NCBI GenBank assembly: GCA_963677895.2
Contig: CAXXGJ010000002.1
Span: 288,001-352,000 of the forward strand
Source: Treponemataceae bacterium
GTDB taxonomy: Bacteria; Spirochaetota; Spirochaetia; Treponematales; Rectinemataceae
Direction of reading: 5' to 3'
Length of the DNA stretch: 64,000 nt
Position 1 is the first letter of the stretch, and each line of letters begins with the position of its first letter. Both the position numbers and the translations under genes were made by a program. Below the pieces are notes generated by a model that was given only the letters and a program-made list of their open reading frames with translations, was not told where the DNA came from and ran no database searches. Positions 36,265 to 45,510 of this stretch are shown here, piece after piece.

Positions 36265-38033
36265 TAGAAGCGCTTTGCTATGGCTGCTATTGTCTTCGGG
36301 TCGACGGCCTTTGTTGTTTGATCGCCTTCACGCCAATATAGGTCTGACCCGACAAATGTTAAGTCGGTTTGTTGCGGGATTTCAATCACCACTAGACCAA
36401 GGCCATAGTAGTCGTGGAAATCAATGTGCGACAGAACACTCGATTTCGTTGGTTCGGTGAGACTTGAATTCTTTATTTCATCCCTGATTCGCGTGACGTA
36501 TTGTTCGAGGGTCATACCGAGAGCCTTTGCCTCCCTCCCAATGCCAACAATGTATCGACTGCCAACGAGGATCGGTTTCACACCATCCAACTTCTCAATT
36601 CTCTCGGCGTCAGCGACTTTGTCGGCGACACCTACCAAAATAGTCCCTTCAGACTCTGAGCCGTTATTAGCAATTGCAGCTATTGTGTGAATTATTTTCG
36701 TGAGAACGCTTGGTTCAATCTGACGTTTTCCTGACAGCTCTGTCAGCCCTTGCTTGAGCTCGTAGTTTGCGAGCTCAATGGACGACCTTCGAATCGTTAC
36801 GTCGATGTCTGGGATCGTGCTACCGGAATATGTTCTCGGATTCTTGTCATTTGGCACAAATATGCTCTGAATTAGCCCTTTGATCTGGTCAATACTTTTT
36901 CGCCTCTCCTCAGGAGAAGCACCTTTCTGGCCAATCTCAATTCGTTTATTAAGTCCGCGCATGAGCCTTTTTACTTCGCTGTAACTACTGATCTTGAGAT
37001 TGTTCTTAATGAGCAGTTCGTGAAACGCGAGGAAAATAATGGCAAAGACCGAAGGATATGCGTTACTTGTCTTTGATTCAAAAACCACATCTCTCAAAAT
37101 CTCGCTCTTTCCGTCGGCACAGACCTTCATAATCTCGTCTATACAGAAACTAAACTCCTTCTCGAACTTCTCAGAACCATAAATCGTGAGTGCGGTTTCG
37201 ATTCGATCACTTTCTGCGTCTGCCGTATCATACACCTTATCAAGTGCTTCCTTGGAACGGTCTAGACAAGTCCCCCCAATAGTACAGGCGGTGATGTCTG
37301 CGACACACTGCTCGTCCATACTGTCCCTAAGGTCGGTGGCGCGAAGAATTCCATGTTCGACCCAAAATACGTCTTCTGCTTGAATCTGGTAGCCATGCTT
37401 CGTCTTTGGTAAGTCAATACTTATGGAATGCATTGCATGAAGCGGCAATACGGTTGCCGATCCGTCGCCGCGAATCGTACAGGAAATCTTCCTGACGGCT
37501 TCGGAGAATGAATTCTGAACCCCCGCCTGTCTCCTCTCCTGATCGCTTAGCCGATGTCCGTAAGTGTTAATTCGATCAAAAACATCGTTAATTTCGGTTT
37601 CAGTTGCCTTTCTCATGACCGACAACGCTATGGAGTAGTCAAGTAGCGTGCTCACATCCGCTGCACCAAGTTTAGGCTCTCCATCCCGAATTAAAAATTT
37701 CCCTTCTTCAGAGGCTTTCTTTGCAGTGGGAAACCGATCAACGTCAAAGACGGCTCCGTTTGCTGTTGGAAATGCCATTTCAATGAATGAGAGTACGGCC
37801 TGTAATCTTTGGAGGCCATCAATAATCTCATAGGTTCCAGGCGCTTCTTCGCGCTCAGCGAGCAATATGGCTGGAATTGGATACTTCTTCAGTAATGACT
37901 CAACGAGTTTCTGCTTTTCTTCTAGAGTCCAGACAAGCTTTCGCTGGTACCGGCGATTCACAAAGATTTTTTCTTCTCTGTACATAGAGTACAAGGACTG
38001 CACGGAACTCGTTTGAGATGTCAATTCTGCCAT
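36264..38033 (-). CDS. DUF262 (GmrSD N-terminal/ParB-like) domain fused to a C-terminal Schlafen AlbA_2 domain; putative defence protein
   Basis: YQRKLVW, IIDGLQRL, FDRINT.G.RL (DUF262); IELANYELK, IAAIANNG, GTILVGVAD (AlbA_2); AAGGAG RBS; GC below host level. Confidence 0.8.
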   Translation of the reverse strand: MAELTSQTSSVQSLYSMYREEKIFVNRRYQRKLVWTLEEKQKLVESLLKKYPIPAILLAEREEAPGTYEIIDGLQRLQAVLSFIEMAFPTANGAVFDVDRFPTAKKASEEGKFLIRDGEPKLGAADVSTLLDYSIALSVMRKATETEINDVFDRINTYGHRLSDQERRQAGVQNSFSEAVRKISCTIRGDGSATVLPLHAMHSISIDLPKTKHGYQIQAEDVFWVEHGILRATDLRDSMDEQCVADITACTIGGTCLDRSKEALDKVYDTADAESDRIETALTIYGSEKFEKEFSFCIDEIMKVCADGKSEILRDVVFESKTSNAYPSVFAIIFLAFHELLIKNNLKISSYSEVKRLMRGLNKRIEIGQKGASPEERRKSIDQIKGLIQSIFVPNDKNPRTYSGSTIPDIDVTIRRSSIELANYELKQGLTELSGKRQIEPSVLTKIIHTIAAIANNGSESEGTILVGVADKVADAERIEKLDGVKPILVGSRYIVGIGREAKALGMTLEQYVTRIRDEIKNSSLTEPTKSSVLSHIDFHDYYGLGLVVIEIPQQTDLTFVGSDLYWREGDQTTKAVDPKTIAAIAKRF

Positions 38034-38081
38034 TGTAATGACTCCTTTTTGGTCATGCTCTTTCGTGCGCCGAAGGCGTCA

Positions 38082-38197
38082 GCCTAACATTGGCTTAACC
38101 TTTAAATCCGTGCCCGAAGGTTTTGGCTTGGTTTTTGCATTGTTGTTCCTGCAAAAACCATGACAAAGGATTTATAAGGTCGAAGCATTTGTTATAT
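38082..38197 (-). mobile_element. Integron attC site (116 bp) ending the OLD-like cassette
   Basis: Minus strand: R'' ATATAAC, L'' GCTT[C]GACCTT, inner TAAATCC/GGATTTA and perfect TGGTTTTTGCA/TGCAAAAACCA arms, L' AAGGTTAAGC, R' GTTAGGC. Confidence 0.85.
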
Positions 38198-38216
38198 AAA
38201 TTTCCATATATTATTA

Positions 38217-40136
38217 CTAAACAAAAGTTTTATTAATTTCTTTAAAAAGCAGCTCAAAGTGGTCAAAGGTAGTATTTGAAAGCCTTGGTAATATTTCATC
38301 ACGTTTTCTTAAAAATAGATCAGCGGGTTTACCATGATCAAATCTTTCAATTCCAAGGTGCCGTGCTATCTTCCTAACAATAGGGTCAGAACCATTTAGT
38401 TCATTTAGCATAATATTACCACTAAATGCGATATTGTATAGCTCTAAATATTCTTTAGGATCAAACAAATCTTCTATATCTGCTTCTGTTAATCTTAATA
38501 TAGCACCTATAGTAATAATCTTATTTGCTTTTAGTATTCCTTGCTCAACTATTTTTTTAAGCTTTTGATTTCCTCCTTTTTGTGAATCAATAACAACTGT
38601 AACGTCAAGATGATTTCCCAATAGCGCAACAAATGTTGGGACTAAATCTACTCCTCCAACAGGTACAAACGACCATTTTTCATTCAAAAACTCCCTTTTA
38701 CCATCATTTTTAAAATAGTCAGATATAACCTGGAGGTAAGTAAAATCAGAAGTCCCTTCTACAATTAGGTTGTTAGGTGCAATAAATAGATTTTGCACGA
38801 GATCATAACCAAGTGCTCCTTGTAGAGGAAATAAAGTATCTGCATCAGTAGTTGTTACATCTTTCGATACTATTGTTCCTAGCTCTTGTCCTTTATCTTC
38901 AACAAGACGAACTCTTTCCAGTTTCCCCGGTTGTATCATAAAAGGAGAATGGGTTGTATATATTACTTGACATTTTTTTGCTAACCTATCTTCAATGAAC
39001 CTTAAAAAATCTGCTTGAGCCTTCGCATGTAAACCTAGAGCTGGTTCATCCAAAAGAATAATAATTGAATCATTTCTATATTCATATTCCGAGAATGCTG
39101 CAAGAAATGAAAAAAACCATTGAAAACCTGTTGAATGTTCGTTAAATGGTAAGGATAGTTGATGCCTTTGATCCCATATTCTTATCTTTAATTCATCAAC
39201 AACACTTGTTCTCCCTGAAGGTTCGTTTATAGTTTTTAAGGTAATATCTGGCAGTACTCTCAGTTCAGGATTTTGTGTCCAATATTTAAGAACATCTTGT
39301 GTTAATGCATTAGCAACATTTTCAAGTTCTCTTTTCCTTCTTTCATAATCTGGGTTAATAAGGTAGTCTTTATCTGCAGCAGCAAGATTAAGAAGTGCTT
39401 TTGCCGTTATCTCTTTGTCATTTAGCTGATTTTGATCTGTTGTTAATAGTTTTTGAATTTGAACAGAATACGGTAATGTACTATATTCAGACATATACAA
39501 AAACTTTGGCATAATTTTTTTAAGATAGATAATTAGCTTATCATCTAGTGTCTTTCCTTGAAGAGAATTTTGAATTACCTCAACAATTTTACTTGATACA
39601 GCTTTTTGCTCTACAGTATATTCTTCATTAATTCTAATTTTTTCAGAATACTCCTTAAGTTCAGAAATTGTTTTACACTTTGTTGCATCTGTCTTTGTAC
39701 CCTTTGGCCAATCAATTTTATTAATAAGATTGGTCACAAAATAGTTTTCATGTGATTCAATAATGAAATTTTGTTTTCCTGAGTATTCCATATTAATGCT
39801 AAATGGTTTTTTGCAGTTTATAAATCCTTCTCCAAATATTTCTTCGATTTCTTTCGTTTCTTTATCTGAAAAAGAAAATACTGCATTAATAGGTGTAATA
39901 TTTTCAAGAACTTTGCCTTGAATTCTATCTTTTTTTTCAAGCCATGCTGGATATTGATCCGGAATCGAAAATGATACATTTGTTCTTGAAGGATTCAACC
40001 TATATAGAGCATGAAGAAAAGCAGTTTTACCTGATTCATTCTTTCCAACTAGACATGTAATATTATTCTCAATGTCTACATTATTGGAATTAATAATATT
40101 TCTAAAACACTGAACATCAACAGATTTTAGTAGCAT
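38217..40136 (-). CDS. OLD-family-like ATP-dependent nuclease (ABC ATPase + TOPRIM-like domain)
   Basis: Walker A GKNESGKT, STG signature, ILLDEP, TTHSP, then LIVEGTSD, PVGG, DIEDL; very AT-rich; AGGAGG RBS. Confidence 0.8.
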   Translation of the reverse strand: MLLKSVDVQCFRNIINSNNVDIENNITCLVGKNESGKTAFLHALYRLNPSRTNVSFSIPDQYPAWLEKKDRIQGKVLENITPINAVFSFSDKETKEIEEIFGEGFINCKKPFSINMEYSGKQNFIIESHENYFVTNLINKIDWPKGTKTDATKCKTISELKEYSEKIRINEEYTVEQKAVSSKIVEVIQNSLQGKTLDDKLIIYLKKIMPKFLYMSEYSTLPYSVQIQKLLTTDQNQLNDKEITAKALLNLAAADKDYLINPDYERRKRELENVANALTQDVLKYWTQNPELRVLPDITLKTINEPSGRTSVVDELKIRIWDQRHQLSLPFNEHSTGFQWFFSFLAAFSEYEYRNDSIIILLDEPALGLHAKAQADFLRFIEDRLAKKCQVIYTTHSPFMIQPGKLERVRLVEDKGQELGTIVSKDVTTTDADTLFPLQGALGYDLVQNLFIAPNNLIVEGTSDFTYLQVISDYFKNDGKREFLNEKWSFVPVGGVDLVPTFVALLGNHLDVTVVIDSQKGGNQKLKKIVEQGILKANKIITIGAILRLTEADIEDLFDPKEYLELYNIAFSGNIMLNELNGSDPIVRKIARHLGIERFDHGKPADLFLRKRDEILPRLSNTTFDHFELLFKEINKTFV

Positions 40137-40415
40137 AATATATCCTCCTAATTCTTCTAGCTTTTATTTATCACGTAAAAATATATTATTCTTTACAATA
40201 CATTGTATTATTTTTTGCGTCGAAGGCGTCCATCTAGCAAAAATTCGCTTGTTCCGTATATCTCCTAAATCATCATTTTACACCACTCCAGAATCAGCGC
40301 AAGTCTTAATTCCAGTTTTCAAAAGAAAATATCTTGACTTATGTAATCAATATTTTAGTCAAGCATTAGTATTAACACTTTTATTGGTGCTACATGAATG
40401 CTATATTCCCAATAT

Positions 40416-41243
40416 ATGCCCCTCCATATCGGCACCTGTTCCTGGAACTACGACTCCTGGGTTGGGCTGGTGTACGACCAGCCTGAATCGCGATCGGTCG
40501 ACTACCTCGCCGTCTACGCGAAGCGCTACAGGATGGTCGAAGTCGATTCCTGGTTCTACAAGATTCCGGCCATCAGGGAAGTTGAGGAATACGCGGCCGC
40601 CATCGATCCGGGCTTCAGCTTTGTCGTCAAAGCGCCACAGGACATAACGCTCACGCATAAGCGGGGCGGCATTGAACCGAATCCCGCCTTCCTCTCAGCC
40701 GAGCTCTTCGGCCACTTCCTCGAAAGGCTCGCGCCGATCAAAGGCCAAGTCGGTGCTATCATCCTCGAATTCGAGTACCTGAACCGCCAGAAGATGGTTG
40801 GCCAACAAGCCTTCATCGATGCGTTGCGCGCCTTTCTCGATCGCGTGCCCAGGGACATTCCCATCGCTCTGGAGCCGCGGAACGGACCTTACCTCGACGA
40901 AGCTTGGTTCTCCTTCCTGGCTGAAGCCAAGGTCTCCCATGTCTTCTCGGAAAAGCAGTTCATGCCGCCCATCGTCGATCTCTACGCGCGCTACTCAAGG
41001 CTTCTCAACGATCTTGTCATCATCCGCCTGCTCGGCGGCGGCCGGAAAAAGATAGAGGAAGTTTCGGGGGGACGCTGGGACAAGATCATCGATCCGAAGC
41101 CCGAGCTTCCCCATATAGCGGCCATGGTTTCGGATTTGGTCGCGTCGGGGCGCGAGGTCCGGATCGACGTCAACAATCATTATGAGGGATCGGCGCCGGA
41201 AAGCATCGAAAGGTTAAAAGGTTTTCTCTTTTCTCCGTTGTGA
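40416..41243 (+). CDS. DUF72 (YecE-like) domain protein
   Basis: IGTCSWNY.SW...Y, VEVDSWFY, F.VKAP..ITL, ALEPR, IRLLG, VNNHYEG.AP. Confidence 0.88.
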   Translation: MPLHIGTCSWNYDSWVGLVYDQPESRSVDYLAVYAKRYRMVEVDSWFYKIPAIREVEEYAAAIDPGFSFVVKAPQDITLTHKRGGIEPNPAFLSAELFGHFLERLAPIKGQVGAIILEFEYLNRQKMVGQQAFIDALRAFLDRVPRDIPIALEPRNGPYLDEAWFSFLAEAKVSHVFSEKQFMPPIVDLYARYSRLLNDLVIIRLLGGGRKKIEEVSGGRWDKIIDPKPELPHIAAMVSDLVASGREVRIDVNNHYEGSAPESIERLKGFLFSPL

Positions 41244-41330
41244 AATCCCCCTGCGTGGATAATACTATTAAGAACGAGAGCATTCATCGTCTACGATGTA
41301 TGCCACTCTCATAAACCAGGAGACACCAGG

Positions 41331-44300
41331 GTGAAAGCGAACCGTCCACATTCACAGGCACGTTATGCGATCATAATCGCGCTTCTGCTGTTCATAGGCG
41401 GCTTGTTGCCGGCGGCGGCCGAGCAGGGCGCCCTCCCCACATCGTCATTCACGCCACGTCAGCTTGCCGTTATAGCCAAGGAAGCGAGCGAAGCGGTAGA
41501 GCAAGCCCTGCAGTCCACGGGAGCCTCGGCCGCGAGCGTCGCACTGGGCGATGGCGGCGGCACGGTGTGGTCCGCTCAATTCGGATTGGCCGACAAGAAA
41601 GCGAAGAAGGCGCCCGAGGCGGAGACGATGTTCGGCATAGGCTCCACGAGCAAGATGTTCGCCACCGCCGCCGCCATGATACTTGTGGACAGAGGCCTGA
41701 TCGGTCTGGATATGCCCCTCGTCACCTATCTTCCCGAGTTCCGCATGGCGACACCGGGCTACGAAAAAATAACCGTACGCATGCTGCTCAACCATTCCGC
41801 GGGATTCCCGGGAACGGACTACCGCAACGCGATGACGCGCGCCCCGATTCCCGGCTATGCCGATCAGGTTCAGGCGACCCTCGCCGAATCACGGCTGAAA
41901 CACGAGCCGGGATGGATGAACGTCTACGCCAATGACGGCTTCACCATGGTGGAACTTCTCGTCAAGAAAATGACGGGCCTCGATTATCCCGCCTTCATCG
42001 AAAAGGAAATTCTTTCGCCCTTGGGAATGAACCATTCGCTCTACCCGCTCGACTCCTTCCGCGAAGGAAGCTTCGCCAAGCCCTATGCTGGGGAACAACC
42101 CCTCCAGCAGGAGTACGTGGGACCATTGGCCTCGGGCGGGCTCTACTCCACGCCTTCCGACCTCACGCGCTTCGCGGCGATGTTTATAGGGAAAGGCAGT
42201 CTGCTGGATAAGCGGATTCTCTCCCCTGAATCCGTAGCCGCCATGGCTCTGGACCAGACCGCGGGAAGATTCAGTCCCTTGTCCAGCGGCTATTTCCGCA
42301 ATGGTCTCGGCTGGGACACCGTCGATCATGAAGGAATGGCGGCCTTCGGGATAAAGGCTTGGCAGAAGGGTGGCGACACCAATTCCTATGGTTCGACGCT
42401 TATCGTCCTGCCGGAAGAAGGCCTCTCGGTAGCGGTGACCGGCGCCTCGGGCCTGCATTCCGACAGCGCGAACGCGATCGCCGAAATAGTATTGGCTCGC
42501 GCCCTCGTGGAAAAAGGAAGGCTCGCGGCCATGCCGGTCGCGGTTCCGGCGGCAGCCCGGCAGACGGCGGCTGTGCCCCTCGAATTTCTCCAGAATATGT
42601 CAGGCGTCTACGCTTCCTTCAACGCGGTCAATAAAATCGAACTCCGCGCCGACGGCAGCCTTTCATTGTATTCATACAAGAATGACGCGTGGGTGCTGGC
42701 CCTTCAGGGGATGAGCTACCGCGATGACGGATGGTTCAGCTCCAGCGATGCCGGCGCTCCTCCTGTCGACGTTACCAGAATCGTGGCGGACGGCCGCGAT
42801 TACTTGGCGATCCGCATGCCGAGCGCGCATGGGTGGTATCGATCGGCCATGCCGCTCGCGCAAAAAATCGCCCCTCGGCCTCCTCTTTCTGCCGCGTGGC
42901 AGAAACGCGTGGGCAAGACCTGGCTTCCCGTAAATTACGCGGCCGAAGACGATTACCTCGCCAAGGGCGCTGACCCCAGGATCTGGCTCAAGACGATAGA
43001 AGGCGCCGAAGGCTATGTGTTCTCCCGCGGTACCGATGGCTGGATGGCGACGATACCCGCGACCGGAAACGGGGATTATGAATCCCGCTCCTTCATTCTC
43101 ATCCCGCAAATAAACGGTAGGGATCTCTACGACGTGAAGGTTATCCAGCGGGACGGAGAGGAATGGCTTCGCGAAACGAGCACCCTGTATCGGCCCCTCG
43201 ATTCCGTGCCCGCGCTAAGTCTCGGCGAGAGTCGCGTAACGACAGGCACCGAAGGTTATGCGGAATGGCGCCGCCTGCCTGCCGAAGCCCAATTCACCGT
43301 GACCGGGGCGAAAACCTTCAAATTCTACGACGCGGATTTCGCGTTGCGGGATGCCGATTCCCTCACGACGGGCGCAGGCGGCGGGTATCTGGCTGTCTTC
43401 GGCGCCCCAGGCGGCAGCGCGCGAATTTCGGTGCGCTCCATCTCGAAATCTCAGGCTGCGATTTCCGTCCCCTTCTCCCCCGAGCAGAAGGCGCGGATCG
43501 CCGAAGCCGGCCGCAATGCAGCCGAGTCCGTCATGAAATCCTCGGGCGGATCAGCCCTGACCGCCGCCATTGTCGATGAAAGCGGGCTCATCTGGGCCGA
43601 GCAGTTCGGATTCGCCGACAAAGCGACCAGCAGCCCGCCGGAAGCTACCACCATGTTCGGCATCGGCTCGGTGAGCAAGATGTTCGCGGCCGTCTCGGCG
43701 ATGATCCTCGTCGACCGTAATCTCGTGGACCTCGACGCGCCGCTTACGGACTACCTTCCCGAATTCCGGATGGCCGATCCGCGCTACAAAGCGATCACCG
43801 TGCGGATGATTCTGAACCACAGCGCGGGCCTGCCCGGCGCCGACCTGCGCAACGCCGTAACCCTCGTCCCCTACACCGAAATGGCGGGTCAGGTCCTCAG
43901 GACAATCCAGACGCAGCGCCTCAAGCACGAGCCGGGCTTCATGTCCGTCTACGCCAACGATGGTTTTACCCTTACCGAACTCCTTGTTGAGGCTGTGTCG
44001 GGAATGCGCTTCCCCGATTTCGTGCAGAAGGAAATATTCTCGCCTCTAGGGATGGCGAACAGCCGCTACCCCACCGTGGAGTTCCCCGCCGATTCCTATG
44101 CCCACGTCTATTTCGGCGAGGAAGGCGCTCCCTGGTTCTTCTTGAACATGTATGGCACGGGCGCGCTTTTATCCACACCGACTGATCTGGCGAATTTTTC
44201 GATGATGCTGGCCTCGGGCGGCGAATACAAGGGGAAAAGGATATTGTCGGAAGCCTCTGTCCGCGCAATGGGGCAGGACCAGACCGCCGGCACCTTCAAT

Positions 44301-45509
44301 CCCCTGCCCTCCGATTACATGCGCTTCGGCCTTGGCTGGGATACGGTCGCCCAGCCCGGCTTGAAGGCCTTGGGCATCCGCGCATGGCAGAAGGGCGGCG
44401 ATATTTCCGGTTTCTACGGCGCCACGATGATCGTGCTGCCTGACGAGGGCATGGCCGCGATCGTGGCCGGCGCTTCCGGGATCGATTCGGGCCTCGCCAC
44501 CAAGGTGGCGGAGACCCTGCTTCTGCGCGCTTTAGTGGAAAAAGGACGGCTCGCCGAAATGCCCGCGCCTATCGTCGGCACGGCTTCGGCCCGGCGCCCG
44601 ACAGGCATCGCTGAACGCGTCGCGATCGAAGGGTACTATGCCGGTTCAGGCAAGCTTTATAGGGCCAGGTTCAACGCGGACGGCGGCCTTTCCGTCGAGC
44701 AGATGAGCGGCGGCGCCTGGACGCCTTTCGGTTCCGGCCTTACGGCGCGCGCCGACGGCTGGTATTCATCGGAGGACCCGGCTTTATTCTCCCTGCGATT
44801 CATCGATGCCGATGGCGGCCGCTATATCAGCCTCCGGAAAACATCAGGCTACGGCCACTACACGATCCATCTGCTCTATGCCCAGAAGCTCGAGAACGCG
44901 CCGCCTCTTTCCGAAGCCTGGAAGGCCAGAACGGCCGAGACCTGGCTCCTTTCGAACGAAACGCCTTCTCTCGCCATGCCCGACGATTCCGCCGATCCGC
45001 GCCTGAAGGTCAGCGCCCCGCCTGAGCTCCCCGGCTATATCGACTACGGATGGGACGGCGGACTGAACACGGTGCGGCCCGTCAATGATTCGCTGGCCGC
45101 CATGTTCCTCCTCATCCCTGGCGCCATGGGACGGGATCTCAACGACCTCGTCTCCGAAACGATAGGCGACGCCGAATATCTACGCGTTGGCGGACCGCGT
45201 TTCAGGATTGCGTCTTCGGTGCCCAGGCTCGGCGCCGCGCCCAAAGATCCTCAGGCCGCATCTTCGCGGAGCGTTCTCATCGGGGACAAAGGCCTTGGCG
45301 AGTGGACGAGAATAGTGGCGCCTTCGGAGGGGATCCGCGCCGTTTCCATAAAGAATTCCACGCTCTGGCGCCTCTACGACGAAGGCTTCAACCTCATCGC
45401 CTACGGGACGGAGGCCGGTACGGCCGATCTGCCCAAATCCACGGGCGGATTCTGGCTCGTGACCTATGGAAAGCCTGGTTCCGCGGTGGAATTGACGCTT
45501 ATTCCTTAG
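41331..45509 (+). CDS. Large exported serine hydrolase with two tandem beta-lactamase-family modules
   Basis: Signal peptide; two copies of FGIGS(T/V)SK, LNHSAG, YANDGF, GLGWD, WQKGGD; GTG start after AGGAG. Confidence 0.85.
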   Translation: MKANRPHSQARYAIIIALLLFIGGLLPAAAEQGALPTSSFTPRQLAVIAKEASEAVEQALQSTGASAASVALGDGGGTVWSAQFGLADKKAKKAPEAETMFGIGSTSKMFATAAAMILVDRGLIGLDMPLVTYLPEFRMATPGYEKITVRMLLNHSAGFPGTDYRNAMTRAPIPGYADQVQATLAESRLKHEPGWMNVYANDGFTMVELLVKKMTGLDYPAFIEKEILSPLGMNHSLYPLDSFREGSFAKPYAGEQPLQQEYVGPLASGGLYSTPSDLTRFAAMFIGKGSLLDKRILSPESVAAMALDQTAGRFSPLSSGYFRNGLGWDTVDHEGMAAFGIKAWQKGGDTNSYGSTLIVLPEEGLSVAVTGASGLHSDSANAIAEIVLARALVEKGRLAAMPVAVPAAARQTAAVPLEFLQNMSGVYASFNAVNKIELRADGSLSLYSYKNDAWVLALQGMSYRDDGWFSSSDAGAPPVDVTRIVADGRDYLAIRMPSAHGWYRSAMPLAQKIAPRPPLSAAWQKRVGKTWLPVNYAAEDDYLAKGADPRIWLKTIEGAEGYVFSRGTDGWMATIPATGNGDYESRSFILIPQINGRDLYDVKVIQRDGEEWLRETSTLYRPLDSVPALSLGESRVTTGTEGYAEWRRLPAEAQFTVTGAKTFKFYDADFALRDADSLTTGAGGGYLAVFGAPGGSARISVRSISKSQAAISVPFSPEQKARIAEAGRNAAESVMKSSGGSALTAAIVDESGLIWAEQFGFADKATSSPPEATTMFGIGSVSKMFAAVSAMILVDRNLVDLDAPLTDYLPEFRMADPRYKAITVRMILNHSAGLPGADLRNAVTLVPYTEMAGQVLRTIQTQRLKHEPGFMSVYANDGFTLTELLVEAVSGMRFPDFVQKEIFSPLGMANSRYPTVEFPADSYAHVYFGEEGAPWFFLNMYGTGALLSTPTDLANFSMMLASGGEYKGKRILSEASVRAMGQDQTAGTFNPLPSDYMRFGLGWDTVAQPGLKALGIRAWQKGGDISGFYGATMIVLPDEGMAAIVAGASGIDSGLATKVAETLLLRALVEKGRLAEMPAPIVGTASARRPTGIAERVAIEGYYAGSGKLYRARFNADGGLSVEQMSGGAWTPFGSGLTARADGWYSSEDPALFSLRFIDADGGRYISLRKTSGYGHYTIHLLYAQKLENAPPLSEAWKARTAETWLLSNETPSLAMPDDSADPRLKVSAPPELPGYIDYGWDGGLNTVRPVNDSLAAMFLLIPGAMGRDLNDLVSETIGDAEYLRVGGPRFRIASSVPRLGAAPKDPQAASSRSVLIGDKGLGEWTRIVAPSEGIRAVSIKNSTLWRLYDEGFNLIAYGTEAGTADLPKSTGGFWLVTYGKPGSAVELTLIP

Positions 45510-45510
45510 G

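Larger units (their letters stand above)
36151..40238 (-). mobile_element. Integron cassette array without a neighbouring integrase (CALIN), two cassettes
   Basis: Two co-oriented single-ORF units, each ending in an attC; both start with GYTAGRY-N-GACGCCTTCGRCGCA; no tyrosine recombinase ORF recognised in the window. Confidence 0.8.

Noticed and set aside
36264..40136. Gabija, PARIS or canonical GmrSD call for the two low-GC genes
   Set aside because: No UvrD partner and no HNH/DUF1524 domain recognised; the genes are separated by an attC and differ in composition
40194..40207. TACAAT-AC-ATTGTA palindrome upstream of the OLD-like gene
   Set aside because: Short palindrome in very AT-rich DNA with no cognate regulator nearby; chance occurrence is plausible
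40249..41243. Possible integron integrase divergent from the cassette array
   Set aside because: The gene there has DUF72 motifs, not tyrosine-recombinase R-H-R-Y motifs; the 40249-40647 ORF has no recognisable features
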